A stretch of 53,854 bases of DNA from Anaerolineales bacterium (GTDB lineage: Bacteria > Chloroflexota > Anaerolineae > Anaerolineales > UBA4823): contig DAOTVW010000195.1 of the NCBI GenBank assembly GCA_034436035.1, positions 1-53,854 of the forward strand, read 5' to 3'. The position numbers were made by a program, and so were the translations under genes. Below the pieces are notes generated by a model. The model did not search any database and was not told the DNA's origin. It saw only the letters and a list, made by a program, of their open reading frames with translations. Below, in pieces: positions 7,792 to 17,834 of this stretch; positions within the stretch are counted from its first letter, which is position 1; each line of letters starts with the position of its first letter.

Positions 7792-9114
7792 TTATTTTGG
7801 AGCGAATTTCGATTTCAAGATGTCTTGCAAGGTGGGCTGGCCAATCTCTTGTAACTCATATCGCACCCGCTGCCAGGGTTTATTCATTTTCACTACTCGG
7901 CTTAAATCAATTGGAGTGCCGATAATGACTAAATCCACAGGAGTTCGGTTAATGGTTTCCTCTAATTCACGGGTTTGTACGTCGCCGTAGCCCATTGCGG
8001 GAAGAATAGCGCCGGTCTTTGGATATTTTTCGAAGGTAGCTTTGATGGAACCAACCGCATAGGGGCGCGGGTCAACAATCTCCGCAGCGCCAAAACGGCG
8101 GGCAGCAATCCAACCAGCGCCATAAGCCATTTCCCCATGGGTGAGGGTTGGACCATCCTCCACTACGAGCACCTTTTTCCCTCGAATTTGAGATGGGTCA
8201 TCCACAAACAATGGGGATGCCGCTTCAATGACAATGGCATTGGGATTTAATTGATGCAAGTTCTCCCGAACCTGGATTACCGCCTCGGGGTTTGCGGTAT
8301 CCACTTTATTGATTACAAAGACATCAGCGGCACGGGCGTTGGCTTCGCCTGGATGATATTGCATCTCATGACCGGGGCGGTGGGGATCTGCAACAACGAT
8401 ATGCAGGTCGGGGACGTAGAAGGGTAAATCATTATTACCACCATCCCATAAAATAATGTCGACTTCTTGCTCGGCTTGGCGAAGAATGCGTTCGTAGTCC
8501 ACACCTGCATAAACGATTACGCCGTTATCCAAATGGGGTTCATATTCCTCGCGCTCTTCAATGGTGCATTCGTACTTGTCCAAGTCACTGTAATCCGCAT
8601 ACCGTTGGACAGCCTGTTTAACCAAATCCCCATAAGGCATAGGGTGACGGATCGCTGCCACTTTATATCCCATTTCGCGCAAGATCATTGAGACACGGCG
8701 GGTGGTTTGGCTCTTTCCACTGCCGGTGCGCACCGCACATATTGCCACAACAGGTTTGGTTGATTTAATTTGAGTATGATGGGTTCCCAATAAGGCGAAA
8801 TCTGCGCCGGCAGCCAGAACCGTAGAAGCTTTGTGCATTACATATTCATGGGGAACATCGGAATAAGCAAAAACGACCTGATCTACTTTTTTGTCTTTAA
8901 TAAGCTTGACCAGATCGTTTTCGGGGAAAATCGGGATACCTTTTGGGTAACGGTCTCCGGCTAATTCCGGAGGGTAAACCCGCCCTTCAATGTTGGGAAT
9001 TTGCGTGGCAGTGAACGCAACGACTTCCACATCCGGATTGTTGCGGTAAAAAACGTTGAAATTGTGAAAATCGCGCCCTGCAGCGCCCATGATTAAAATA
9101 CGAGTTGAAGTCAT
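7792..9114 (-). CDS. Cyclic 2,3-diphosphoglycerate synthetase-like P-loop protein (often annotated GTPase); function in bacteria unknown
   Basis: 440 aa. N-terminal IMGAAGRDFHNFNVFYRNNP and P-loop RTGSGKSQTTR resemble the cDPGS-like family as I recall it. SD AAGGAG upstream. Confidence 0.55.
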   Translation of the reverse strand: MTSTRILIMGAAGRDFHNFNVFYRNNPDVEVVAFTATQIPNIEGRVYPPELAGDRYPKGIPIFPENDLVKLIKDKKVDQVVFAYSDVPHEYVMHKASTVLAAGADFALLGTHHTQIKSTKPVVAICAVRTGSGKSQTTRRVSMILREMGYKVAAIRHPMPYGDLVKQAVQRYADYSDLDKYECTIEEREEYEPHLDNGVIVYAGVDYERILRQAEQEVDIILWDGGNNDLPFYVPDLHIVVADPHRPGHEMQYHPGEANARAADVFVINKVDTANPEAVIQVRENLHQLNPNAIVIEAASPLFVDDPSQIRGKKVLVVEDGPTLTHGEMAYGAGWIAARRFGAAEIVDPRPYAVGSIKATFEKYPKTGAILPAMGYGDVQTRELEETINRTPVDLVIIGTPIDLSRVVKMNKPWQRVRYELQEIGQPTLQDILKSKFAPK

Positions 9115-9144
9115 GTCTTTTTATACTCCTTGTAAATAATTTTT

Positions 9145-10926
9145 TTACATCACCTCGGGTGCCAATATACCGAGGAGACTTAACACATTTGCAATTGCCT
9201 GGCGAGCAGCCGCAACCAGGCGCACCCGTTCTGCTCGTACGCTGTCCTCCGCTTTTAGCACCGGGCATTCTGCATAAAAATCATTAAATGCGCGGGCTAA
9301 TTCATAGGCAAGATTGGTGAGATGGAGAGGTTTCATCTCTTGAGCAGCTCTTTGAATTTCTGTTGGGATGCGTGCAATCAGTTCGATGAGCTGTATTTCG
9401 GTTGGGTGTAATTCATGATGATGGGTTGATGTTTCGGGAATAGAATTTTCTAATTTCCGAAGAATGGAATTCGCACGGACATGTGCATATTGAATATATG
9501 GAGCCGCCTGCCCGTTGAAATCTAATGCGCTTTGCCAATCAAAGGTCACCACCTTGGTGTTATCGCGTGCCAGCATGGGATATTTGATTGCGCCTAATGC
9601 CACAATGCGGGCAACTTCATTCATCTCTTGGTCCGTAAGCGATGGATTTTTCTCTTTGACTACTTCCAATGCCCGCCGGCGAGCTTCGCGCACTAAATCT
9701 TCCAATAGGACAACGGTGCCTTCGCGGGAGGCGATGGTGACATTCCCGGGTAAATTGACGATTTCATAACTGAAATGGTAACATCGCTCTGCCCAATCCG
9801 GATGTCCCATTAACGCAAGTGTTTTATAGATTTGTTGCAAGTAAAGGGATTGGCGAACGTCAATGACGTACACAGATAAATCTGGGTTGAATAACTCAAA
9901 CTTTTTGATCGCTAAAGGTAAGTCCTTTGTGGCATACAAGGAGGTCCCGTCGGAACGGAGCACCACTAAAACCCGATAGGTTTCTTTTTTCAGCCCCAAT
10001 AAATCATCGATACGGATGATTACGGGTCCTTGTGGTCTTTCGTCGATCGCAATACCTTTACGAATCAATTCTTCCACCAATTCCTGACCCGGTTTTTCCA
10101 GTTCATGATCGTAAAAAATGTGGTCGAAGCGCACACCTAACATGGCGTAAATTTGATCAAACCCCTCTAAAGACCATTGCCGGGTTTTCTCCCATAGTGC
10201 CATGATATCTGGATCGCGTCGATCCCAGCGGGCATACAAAGCCCGAACCTCTTCTTCTAATTCGGGGTTTTCTTCCAGCCGTTTATTTGCCTCTGCATAG
10301 AGATCTCCCATCCAACGGGTTTTGTCTTCTCCGGGTTCTTCTCCGGCATGGAATTTTTGGTAATTCCAGAGCCATTTTATGACATGCAAACCGGTATCAT
10401 TTATATAGTTTGCCCGAATTACCTCATTGCCAGCTGCTTCTAAAATATTACATAATGCGTCGCCCAGCACCACATTGCGCAAATGCCCCACATGAAAAGC
10501 CTTATGGGTGTTCGGTTGAGAAAATTCGACGAGAATGCGTTTTCCGGTTTTTTGTCCCCAGCCGAAATGTTCTCCTTGTTCTAAGACTGTGTCAATAACC
10601 CGGCGGCTGAATTCTAATGGATCATAAAACAAATTCAAATAACCGCGTACGGCTTCAACACGTTTAAACCCGCTGGGTAACCCGATCTGATCGCGCACTT
10701 GATTGGCAATAGTTTGAGCGAGTTCGCCGACGGGTGAGGCTTGGATCCCTTTTTGACGGAGATCTTTGGCATGTTTCGCAGCAATTTTGAAAAATGAAGT
10801 CGAGATACCCCAGTCACCCGCAAAAGGGATGGCACTCCACTCCAATCCTTCTTCGCAGGGGTATCCTTGATCTTTTAGAAAAGCGATTATTTTTTGGTTT
10901 ATCTGCTCTTGTTCTTTCAAAAACAT
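9145..10926 (-). CDS. argS: Arginine--tRNA ligase
   Basis: 593 aa. Class I HIGH motif HVGHLRN, ArgRS N-terminal domain and C-terminal DALR-type anticodon-binding region. Confidence 0.95.
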   Translation of the reverse strand: MFLKEQEQINQKIIAFLKDQGYPCEEGLEWSAIPFAGDWGISTSFFKIAAKHAKDLRQKGIQASPVGELAQTIANQVRDQIGLPSGFKRVEAVRGYLNLFYDPLEFSRRVIDTVLEQGEHFGWGQKTGKRILVEFSQPNTHKAFHVGHLRNVVLGDALCNILEAAGNEVIRANYINDTGLHVIKWLWNYQKFHAGEEPGEDKTRWMGDLYAEANKRLEENPELEEEVRALYARWDRRDPDIMALWEKTRQWSLEGFDQIYAMLGVRFDHIFYDHELEKPGQELVEELIRKGIAIDERPQGPVIIRIDDLLGLKKETYRVLVVLRSDGTSLYATKDLPLAIKKFELFNPDLSVYVIDVRQSLYLQQIYKTLALMGHPDWAERCYHFSYEIVNLPGNVTIASREGTVVLLEDLVREARRRALEVVKEKNPSLTDQEMNEVARIVALGAIKYPMLARDNTKVVTFDWQSALDFNGQAAPYIQYAHVRANSILRKLENSIPETSTHHHELHPTEIQLIELIARIPTEIQRAAQEMKPLHLTNLAYELARAFNDFYAECPVLKAEDSVRAERVRLVAAARQAIANVLSLLGILAPEVM

Positions 10927-10967
10927 CGTTTCACCATCATGGATTCAAGTTCAATACCAACCAAAAG

Positions 10968-10995
10968 ATTATAACATGCGCAAGAGTTTTTCTAA
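10968..10995 (-). promoter_or_regulatory. Candidate argS promoter (TTAGAA-16-TGTTATAAT, extended -10)
   Basis: The minus strand reads TTAGAA (10995-10990) and TATAAT (10973-10968), with TG one base upstream of the -10. Confidence 0.35.
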
Positions 10996-11020
10996 AAAGG
11001 TTAATGGGATAACCGTTCAA

Positions 11021-11054
11021 TTAACAACAAAAGCGGGAGAGTTTCCCTCCCGCT
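11021..11054 (-). terminator. Rho-independent terminator downstream of rpsT
   Basis: Stem AGCGGGAG (11032-11039) pairs with CTCCCGCT (11047-11054). A T-rich tract (TTTGTTGTTAA) follows on the minus strand. Confidence 0.6.
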
Positions 11055-11139
11055 CATTTTTCGTATACGACTTGATACAGGGTTAGATTAGCTTATTAAA
11101 CAATAACGCTATTCACTATGCAGGATGCGCTTTTCCTGT

Positions 11140-11415
11140 TTAAGCAACCTGTTTCTCTAAAGCTGCTAAGCGTTTCATTAAGCGGCTTTTCCGCCGGGCA
11201 ACATTGTTCTTGTGTAAAACGCCTTTTTCTGCAGCTTTATCCAAAGCACTCACTGCCATCATAACGGTTTGACGAGCTTGATCCAAACCGCCTTCTTCCA
11301 TACTGCGGCGGGCTTTTTTCACAAATGTGCGCGCTCGCCCACTAAAATAGCGGTTGCGTAGACGGCGTTTTTCATTTTGCCGGTTTCTTTTTATTTGAGA
11401 CTTAATATTTGCCAA
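11140..11415 (-). CDS. rpsT: 30S ribosomal protein S20
   Basis: 91 aa, ANIKSQIKRNRQNEKRRLRNR. TTG start preceded by GGAGGA. Confidence 0.95.
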   Translation of the reverse strand: MANIKSQIKRNRQNEKRRLRNRYFSGRARTFVKKARRSMEEGGLDQARQTVMMAVSALDKAAEKGVLHKNNVARRKSRLMKRLAALEKQVA

Positions 11416-11523
11416 AGCATTCCTCCAACGTTCTATAACCTGTTTCGCGGTCTTTGATTTTACTAGAAATATCTATTTTTGTCTAGCAAAATTTTGTGGT
11501 AATTATTGTTGTTATGGTTACTG

Positions 11524-11552
11524 TTGACGTCTGACAAAGTTAGTGATAGAAT
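11524..11552 (+). promoter_or_regulatory. Sigma-70-like promoter for tRNA-Lys (TTGACG-17-TAGAAT with TGn extension)
   Basis: TTGACG at 11524-11529 and TAGAAT at 11547-11552. The tRNA 5' end is at 11564. Confidence 0.6.
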
Positions 11553-11563
11553 GCAATCCGTTC

Positions 11564-11635
11564 GGGCGCGTAGCTCAATGGCAGAGCAGTGGCCTTTTAA
11601 GCCATTGGCTGAAGGTTCGAGTCCTTCCGCGCTCA
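11564..11635 (+). tRNA. tRNA-Lys (anticodon TTT)
   Basis: Cloverleaf: acceptor GGGCGCG/CGCGCTC, anticodon stem GTGGC/GCCAT with loop CTTTTAA, T-arm GAAGG-TTCGAGT-CCTTC. CCA is not encoded. Confidence 0.9.
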
Positions 11636-11716
11636 TTTTTTCTTTAACAAAGTAAGTGCAACAGCACTATAATAATAATTTGTTTGACAAAAAATCAATC
11701 TATAGGAGGTTAATCT

Positions 11717-12895
11717 ATGCGCCGCATAATTGTTGCTTTCTCAATCCTTGTCCTTACCTTATTCTTCATTGCCACTGTCAGCCCAGTGGTGGCTCAGGAT
11801 TCCACTCCCACGCCAACGCCGGGACCACTGACTTTCTTCACCGAGTTCCCAAGTCAGGTGGTGGGGTTGGGTGAGACCATTTCTATAGACGCAACACTGC
11901 GGGGAGGTAAATCACCCCAGATTGTGCAATTGGAAACGGTTACTGTGCCGCAAGGCTGGACAGTGACTTTCCGTGGGCAGGGAAAAATGGTTAAATCTGC
12001 CTATGTTGAACCTACAACGGACACGAATATCGAGATTCGCCTGGAGCCACCAAAAGACGAAAAATCGGGTGATTATACCTTTGTGGTGCGCGCGAAGGGC
12101 GAGACAGAGCAAAGTGAATTAACGATCCAACTCACTGTTCAAGAGAAATTGCCCCCGTCGATTAGTTTAAGTTGCGATCTTCCTACCTTGACAGGATCGC
12201 CGACAACTACTTTCCGTTACAATGTCACCTTGAAAAACGATGGTAGTGATGAACCTTCGGTTAATCTAACCGCCGATGCCCCGAATGTTTTTCAGGTGAA
12301 ATTCCGTCTGGCGGGTCAAGAAATCACCAATTTACCGCTTCCATCGAAAGATGTTAAAAATCTTTCGATTGAAGTTTCGCCAGTCGCTGATGTTTCTGCT
12401 GGCACTTACCCAATCAAAATTATGGCGCAGGGGTCACAGGCTAGCGCGGAACTAGACCTGACTGCTGAAGTGACCGGTCAAGCGAGCCTGACTGTTACTG
12501 CGCCGGATGGACGTCTTTCTGGTCAGGCTTATGCCGGTAAAGATTCCTCCATCAAAGTCACCATTCGGAATGATGGTAGTGCACCCGCCCGTGGTATTGA
12601 ACTCAGCTCGACTGAACCCACTGGCTGGACGGTAACCTTTGATCCAACGAAAATCGATGAAATTGGACCAAATCAACAAGTGGATGTCACTGCCCATATT
12701 CGTCCAAGTGACAAGGCGGTTGCTGGGGATTATATGGTCGATATCACCGCTAAACCCAGCGAGGGCGCGTCAAAGACTGCCGAGTTCCGTATCACAGTCC
12801 TTACTTCAACGCTATGGGGCATTGTTGGGGTGATCTTGATCGCCATTGCAGTTGGCGTTGTGGCATTAGCGGTAATGCGCTTTGGACGCCGCTAA
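11717..12895 (+). CDS. Secreted/cell-surface protein with repeated beta-sandwich (NEW3/CARDB-like, COG1470-like) modules and C-terminal TM anchor
   Basis: 392 aa. N-terminal signal peptide, repeated TV/TF-rich modules, C-terminal hydrophobic helix followed by RFGRR. SD AGGAGG upstream. Co-oriented with the ABC-2 exporter genes. Confidence 0.6.
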   Translation: MRRIIVAFSILVLTLFFIATVSPVVAQDSTPTPTPGPLTFFTEFPSQVVGLGETISIDATLRGGKSPQIVQLETVTVPQGWTVTFRGQGKMVKSAYVEPTTDTNIEIRLEPPKDEKSGDYTFVVRAKGETEQSELTIQLTVQEKLPPSISLSCDLPTLTGSPTTTFRYNVTLKNDGSDEPSVNLTADAPNVFQVKFRLAGQEITNLPLPSKDVKNLSIEVSPVADVSAGTYPIKIMAQGSQASAELDLTAEVTGQASLTVTAPDGRLSGQAYAGKDSSIKVTIRNDGSAPARGIELSSTEPTGWTVTFDPTKIDEIGPNQQVDVTAHIRPSDKAVAGDYMVDITAKPSEGASKTAEFRITVLTSTLWGIVGVILIAIAVGVVALAVMRFGRR

Positions 12896-12913
12896 CAAGA
12901 AAGGAGGTCAGGG

Positions 12914-13864
12914 ATGGGCGAAAATGTAATCGAAACGTTTAACCTGACCAAAAAATATGATCGCTTTATCGCAGTGAACAACCTAAATTTGCGTGTCCAG
13001 CGTGGAGAAGTCTTTGGTTTGCTTGGACCCAATGGTGCTGGGAAAACTACGACTATCTTGATGCTGCTAGGCTTAACGGACCCGACTTCTGGGAAAGTCA
13101 GCGTGTTAGGAATGGACCCTTCACGCAAAACCCTCAGCGTAAAATCTCGAGTGGGTTATATACCAGATACAGTTGGTTTTTACGAAGAATTGACTGCTCG
13201 AGAAAACCTGATCTACATAGCGAAACTCAACGGCTTATCCGGTAACCAAGCATACCAACGCATCGATGAGGTATTAACCCGCGTTGGCTTACATGAAGAA
13301 GCAGATCATCGTGTTGCAACCTTTTCGCGCGGTATGCGTCAGCGATTAGGAGTAGCAGATGTGCTGATAAAGCAACCTCAACTCATTATCATGGATGAAC
13401 CAACCCAAGGGTTAGATCCGGAAGGAGCACGAGAGTTCTTGGAGCTGATCCGGGATTTGAAGAAAGAAGGGATTACCATTCTGCTCTCCTCCCACTTGCT
13501 CCACCAGGTTCAAGCAGTATGCGATCGAGTGGGCTTATTCCACAAAGGTCGGATGGTGCTCGAAGGCTCTGTCACGGAGTTGGCAAAACAGGTTTTAGGG
13601 CGTGCCTATCGTGTCGTGCTTGAGGCGGATGGCGATAAAGAGGTCATCATAAATGCATTGAAGAAAATACCTGGTCAGGTTGGTGTGCATGCGAAAGATG
13701 GCAAATACTATGAAGTCGAGGCTGAACACGACATTCGTCCTGATGTAGCACGTGCTGTTGTACAAAGCGGAGCAGCTCTTTTACGCTTAGATGTAGAAGC
13801 GCAGAGTCTGGATGATATCTATGCCCGCTATTTCGAGGAGGTGAAACATGCCCCGCAAAACTAA
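12914..13864 (+). CDS. ABC transporter ATP-binding protein (ABC-2/NosF-like)
   Basis: Walker [10 protein letters not shown], signature [12 protein letters not shown], Walker [21 protein letters not shown] upstream. Confidence 0.9.
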   Translation: MGENVIETFNLTKKYDRFIAVNNLNLRVQRGEVFGLLGPNGAGKTTTILMLLGLTDPTSGKVSVLGMDPSRKTLSVKSRVGYIPDTVGFYEELTARENLIYIAKLNGLSGNQAYQRIDEVLTRVGLHEEADHRVATFSRGMRQRLGVADVLIKQPQLIIMDEPTQGLDPEGAREFLELIRDLKKEGITILLSSHLLHQVQAVCDRVGLFHKGRMVLEGSVTELAKQVLGRAYRVVLEADGDKEVIINALKKIPGQVGVHAKDGKYYEVEAEHDIRPDVARAVVQSGAALLRLDVEAQSLDDIYARYFEEVKHAPQN

Positions 13865-14834
13865 ACAACCCACTCCTCCGGTCGAAAGGGAGGGTTCGCC
13901 TTGGACTGGTCTTTGGGCAGTGGTCACAAAAGAAATGGCAGACCACATGACCAGCGCCCGCATGCGCATCCTGGAGGTTTTGATTGTCCTCACCGCTGCA
14001 GGATCGGTCTACTCGGCAATGCAGCAGTTGCGCGAAACCGTGGGGCAGGATCCTTACCTCTTTTTAAAGCTCTTCACAACCGCTCGGGATCCTTTGCCTT
14101 CGTTTATCAACTTCTTGGTCTTCTTAGTGCCGCTGATCGCTATCGCATTGGCGTTTGATTCCATTAATGCGGAGTTTAGTCGGCGTACCTTATCGCGCGT
14201 GTTAGCTCAACCCATTTATCGCGATGCCCTGTTGATGGGAAAATTTTTAGGAGCCTTCTTTACGCTTTCACTCGTGCTGACGGCGATATGGATGCTCATT
14301 TTTGGGTTGGGTATTGTCGGACTGGGTCTACCCCCAAGCACAGAAGAAGTGGCGCGCAGCTTGTGGTTCCTCCTCGCCACCATCTTTTACGGTGGTATTT
14401 GGCTGGCGGTGGCTGTGGTTTTTTCGATTGTCTTCCGTCAGCCGGCAACCGCGGCATTGGCTTCGATCGCGGTTTGGTTGTTTTTCACCGTGTTTTGGGG
14501 TATTCTTGCCAGTCTATTTGCGCAAACGATCAGCCCTGTTCAATACGGAACGATGGACGAAATTATCCGTCAAACAGAAACCCAAATCGCACTATCAAGG
14601 CTCTCTCCAAATACCTTATACGCGGAGAGCATGATTGCGATCTTACAACCAACCGTACGCACGACCAGCTTCCTGCTTCCGACCCAGTTGGAAGGAGCGG
14701 TGATGGGTTCTCCATTGCCATTGCGGCAGAGCTTGCTCTTGATTTGGCCGCAATTTACGGGCTTGATCGCGGTAACCATATTGTTGTTTGCATTAGGTTA
14801 CGTACTCTTCCAACGGCAAGAAATACGAGCTTAA
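13848..14834 (+). CDS. ABC-2 family permease (NosY/COG1277-like)
   Basis: 328 aa, polytopic and hydrophobic. Overlaps the ATPase gene by 17 nt. SD GGAGGTG upstream. Confidence 0.75.
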   Translation: MPRKTKQPTPPVEREGSPWTGLWAVVTKEMADHMTSARMRILEVLIVLTAAGSVYSAMQQLRETVGQDPYLFLKLFTTARDPLPSFINFLVFLVPLIAIALAFDSINAEFSRRTLSRVLAQPIYRDALLMGKFLGAFFTLSLVLTAIWMLIFGLGIVGLGLPPSTEEVARSLWFLLATIFYGGIWLAVAVVFSIVFRQPATAALASIAVWLFFTVFWGILASLFAQTISPVQYGTMDEIIRQTETQIALSRLSPNTLYAESMIAILQPTVRTTSFLLPTQLEGAVMGSPLPLRQSLLLIWPQFTGLIAVTILLFALGYVLFQRQEIRA

Positions 14835-14851
14835 TCTTCTCCTTTTTTTTC

Positions 14852-14891
14852 AAAACTTCCGAAGGTAATCCACCTTCGGAAGTTTTATTTT
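14852..14891 (+). terminator. Rho-independent terminator (perfect 15-bp stem, 5-nt loop, T tract)
   Basis: AAAACTTCCGAAGGT (14852-14866) pairs with ACCTTCGGAAGTTTT (14872-14886), followed by ATTTT. Confidence 0.75.
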
Positions 14892-14916
14892 AAGGGTGAT
14901 TTTAATGTTTATATTG

Positions 14917-14957
14917 ATGTATGAATATGTTATGAAATGTTATGAATATGTAATAAT
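14917..14957. repeat. Four tandem 10-11-bp units, consensus ATGT(T)ATGAA(T), upstream of the importer-operon promoter
   Basis: Reads ATGTATGAAT ATGTTATGAA ATGTTATGAAT ATGTAATAAT directly. A fifth degenerate unit starts at 14905. Confidence 0.6.
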
Positions 14958-14982
14958 AATAAATAAATAATAGCGCAATATG

Positions 14983-15011
14983 TTGACAAAAGCGAATAAA
15001 TTCTGTATAAT
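14983..15011 (+). promoter_or_regulatory. Consensus sigma-70 promoter TTGACA-17-TATAAT for the ABC importer/catabolic operon
   Basis: TTGACA at 14983-14988 and TATAAT at 15006-15011, 33 nt upstream of the ATG at 15044. Confidence 0.65.
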
Positions 15012-15043
15012 AATAACAAGATTAACAAAGAGGAGCACGGATA

Positions 15044-15916
15044 ATGGCTTCTATTAAAGCGAGGAATCGCAACAAATTAGATTTATTAGGTGTTGTTCCT
15101 TTTTTGCTTTTTTGTCTTGCTTTTGAAATAGTGCCAATAATTTTGTTGATTCGGGGGAGCCTAATCGATAAAGCAACGAAAGCTTTCACCATTAAACATT
15201 ACCTCGCCCTAGGCGCTCCTTTATACATCAATTCTTTTTGGAATAGCATTAAATTATCGGGGTTAACTGCCTTGATCGGATGCATTTTAGGGACATTAAT
15301 TGCCTATGCTATCTATCGCTGGCCATCAACCAGAGTTCAACATGCCTTGGTTACCCTTTCAGATGTGACAACCAATTTCGCCGGCGCGCCGCTCGCATTT
15401 GCCTTCATCGTAATATTGGGTATGAACGGGGTAATTACCCAATTTCTATTGCGCTTCTTTAACTTACAGCTCTACCCAAAATTCAGTATTTACTCTTTTT
15501 CTGGCTTGGTCCTCGCTTATGTTTATTTTCAAATCCCGCTCATGATTTTGTTAGTTATCCCAGCTTTCGAGGGATTGAAAAAAGAGTGGTTTGAATCCGC
15601 CCAAAGCTTAGGAGCGAGCAACTTTCAATATTGGTGGAGGATTGGGCTGCCCTTGCTAATGCCTTCCATTATCGCTGGCTTAACTCTATTATTCGCTAAT
15701 GCATTTGGCGCTTATGCAACAGCCTATACACTGGTTGAATCACAGCTCTCGTTGGTGACTCTCCAAATTGGTTTCATGATTGCTGGTGAAGTCCGCCATG
15801 ACCCGGGCATTGGTATGGCAATGTCGGTGGTATCTTTAATCCTCATGGGGTTGAGTATTGGTATCTATCAACTCTCTGCCCGCAGAGCAAAATGGTTAGT
15901 TAAGTCATCATCCTAA
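15044..15916 (+). CDS. ABC importer permease (PotB/AfuB/CysT-type binding-protein-dependent family)
   Basis: 290 aa, about 6 TM segments, EAA-type loop SAQSLGASNFQYWWRIGLPLLMP. SD GAGGAG upstream. Confidence 0.85.
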   Translation: MASIKARNRNKLDLLGVVPFLLFCLAFEIVPIILLIRGSLIDKATKAFTIKHYLALGAPLYINSFWNSIKLSGLTALIGCILGTLIAYAIYRWPSTRVQHALVTLSDVTTNFAGAPLAFAFIVILGMNGVITQFLLRFFNLQLYPKFSIYSFSGLVLAYVYFQIPLMILLVIPAFEGLKKEWFESAQSLGASNFQYWWRIGLPLLMPSIIAGLTLLFANAFGAYATAYTLVESQLSLVTLQIGFMIAGEVRHDPGIGMAMSVVSLILMGLSIGIYQLSARRAKWLVKSSS

Positions 15917-15930
15917 ACAGGGAAGTTAAA

Positions 15931-16752
15931 ATGAACCCTTCGCGGAAAAATAAACCAAGCACTTGGCAGTACATCTTAATTGGTGTTTTCCTTTTTTATA
16001 TGTTTGTACCGATTGTATCCACTTATATTTTCTCAGTGGCAACACGCTGGGATCGTACCATCCTTCCTGAAGGATACACATTAAATTACTATACTCAAGC
16101 CTTTAAAGCCTCTTATTTTATTTCTTCATTAAAAAATTCTTTTATCTTATCCATTGCTACCGTATTAGTTGGGTTGATTATTATTGTCCCAACAGTATAT
16201 TGGGTGCATGTTCGGGTACCTTATACTAAACCGTTGTTGGACGTCCTGATGATTTTACCTTTCGGGATACCTGCGGTAGTACTGGCGCTCGCTTTGGTGC
16301 AGGTTTATAACTTTGCCCCATTAGCCCGCTCGCCGGTTTTGTTGATTGGTGCAGTTGTGATTTATTCCATGCCCTTCATGTACCGCCCGGTTTCTAATGC
16401 GATTCAAGCAATCGATGTCATCACACTCACCGAGGCTGGGCAAAGTCTGGGAGCAAATACTTTTCAGTTGCTGCGTCGGGTCATTATCCCGAATATCCTA
16501 ACCGGGATTTGGAGCGGTAGTCTTTTGGTTTTTGCCACCGTTTTTGCTGAATTTACTTTGACAAAATTGATCGTGGGAGCTCGCTTCAAGACTTTCCCAA
16601 TGTTACTCGTCGAATACACCCGCATCAATGGCAATACCGCCGCGGCATTTTCAGTGATTTCGTTCACAATTGCTTGGCTTGCTTCTCTTCTCATCCTTTG
16701 GGTGGGGAGCAAGGGGCAGGCTTCGTATCAAAAAGCCATCGGCGCACGCTAA
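15931..16752 (+). CDS. ABC importer permease (PotC-type)
   Basis: 273 aa, EAA-type loop EAGQSLGANTFQLLRRVIIPNI. Confidence 0.85.
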   Translation: MNPSRKNKPSTWQYILIGVFLFYMFVPIVSTYIFSVATRWDRTILPEGYTLNYYTQAFKASYFISSLKNSFILSIATVLVGLIIIVPTVYWVHVRVPYTKPLLDVLMILPFGIPAVVLALALVQVYNFAPLARSPVLLIGAVVIYSMPFMYRPVSNAIQAIDVITLTEAGQSLGANTFQLLRRVIIPNILTGIWSGSLLVFATVFAEFTLTKLIVGARFKTFPMLLVEYTRINGNTAAAFSVISFTIAWLASLLILWVGSKGQASYQKAIGAR

Positions 16753-16769
16753 CTCTACAAGGATTTAAC

Positions 16770-17834
16770 ATGGCATATTTGGAACTGAAAAACGTCTCAA
16801 AACAATTTGGAAATGTCACCGCTGTCCGTGATTTCAACCTGGATATCGAAAAAGGGTCATTGGTTTCCTTTCTTGGCCCTTCTGGTTGCGGCAAGACCAC
16901 CACATTAAGGATGATCGCTGGCTTTGAGCAGCCCGATCAAGGAACGATTACTTTAGATAATATCGATATCACGACCATTCCTCCCAATAAGCGGGATATC
17001 GGTATGGTATTTCAAGCATACGCGTTGTTCCCGAACTTAAGCGTCAGAGAGAATGTCGCATTTGGGTTGGAAATGAAAAAATTTCCGAAGAATGAAATCA
17101 ACCAGCGTGTTTCAGAAGTCCTTGAAATGGTGCGTTTAACAACTATCGCTAATCGTTTTCCTCATCAATTATCTGGAGGACAACAGCAGCGAATCGCGCT
17201 TGCCCGTGCGTTAGCAGTGCAGCCACGGGTTCTATTGCTGGATGAACCACTTTCCGCTTTGGATGCAGAAGTACGCGTGGCGTTGCGCGCAGAAATTCGC
17301 CGCATTCAAAGTCAATTAGCCATCACGACTGTTTATGTCACCCATGACCAAGAAGAGGCGCTTTCTATTTCTGATAAAGTGGTCGTGATGAATAATGGAT
17401 GCATTGAGCAAGTCGGATCTCCCGAATCGATTTATCGGCAGCCACAAACACGCTTTGTAGCCACCTTTATTGGCACGGCAAATCAATTCAGTGGAAAAGT
17501 CTCAGATGATCACAGTGTGCAATGTGAACATGCCCAATTGCAGGTTGCAGATATGCGCCAGTTTTCGAAAGGGGAAGATGTGGTCGTGTTGGTACGGCCT
17601 GAATCCATTCAAATCCAATTCGAACCTACTCACGAACCGAATTGGAATCTCCTTGAAGGCGTTATCGAAACGGTGACATTTCATGGCGCAGTTACGCGCA
17701 TTGGAGTAAATGCCCATGGTCAACGTATTGTGGCAGATATTACCTATTCCTCTTCCACCCCTATTTCCTTAGGGCAACATTGCTGGTTGGCTTTTCGGTC
17801 TGAGAGTTGTCAGGTGATGGGGTTAGAAAAATGA
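16770..17834 (+). CDS. ABC importer ATP-binding protein (PotA/FbpC-type with C-terminal TOBE-like domain)
   Basis: Walker A GPSGCGKTT, signature LSGGQQQRIALARAL, Walker B LLLDEPLSALD. Start set at ATG 16770 (MAYLELKNV), because the ORF-track extension overlaps the upstream permease. Confidence 0.9.
   Translation: MAYLELKNVSKQFGNVTAVRDFNLDIEKGSLVSFLGPSGCGKTTTLRMIAGFEQPDQGTITLDNIDITTIPPNKRDIGMVFQAYALFPNLSVRENVAFGLEMKKFPKNEINQRVSEVLEMVRLTTIANRFPHQLSGGQQQRIALARALAVQPRVLLLDEPLSALDAEVRVALRAEIRRIQSQLAITTVYVTHDQEEALSISDKVVVMNNGCIEQVGSPESIYRQPQTRFVATFIGTANQFSGKVSDDHSVQCEHAQLQVADMRQFSKGEDVVVLVRPESIQIQFEPTHEPNWNLLEGVIETVTFHGAVTRIGVNAHGQRIVADITYSSSTPISLGQHCWLAFRSESCQVMGLEK

Noticed and set aside
16674-16769. 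N-terminal extension of the ABC ATPase ORF
   Set aside because: It overlaps the end of the permease gene. MAYLELKNV at 16770 is a canonical ABC ATPase N-terminus.
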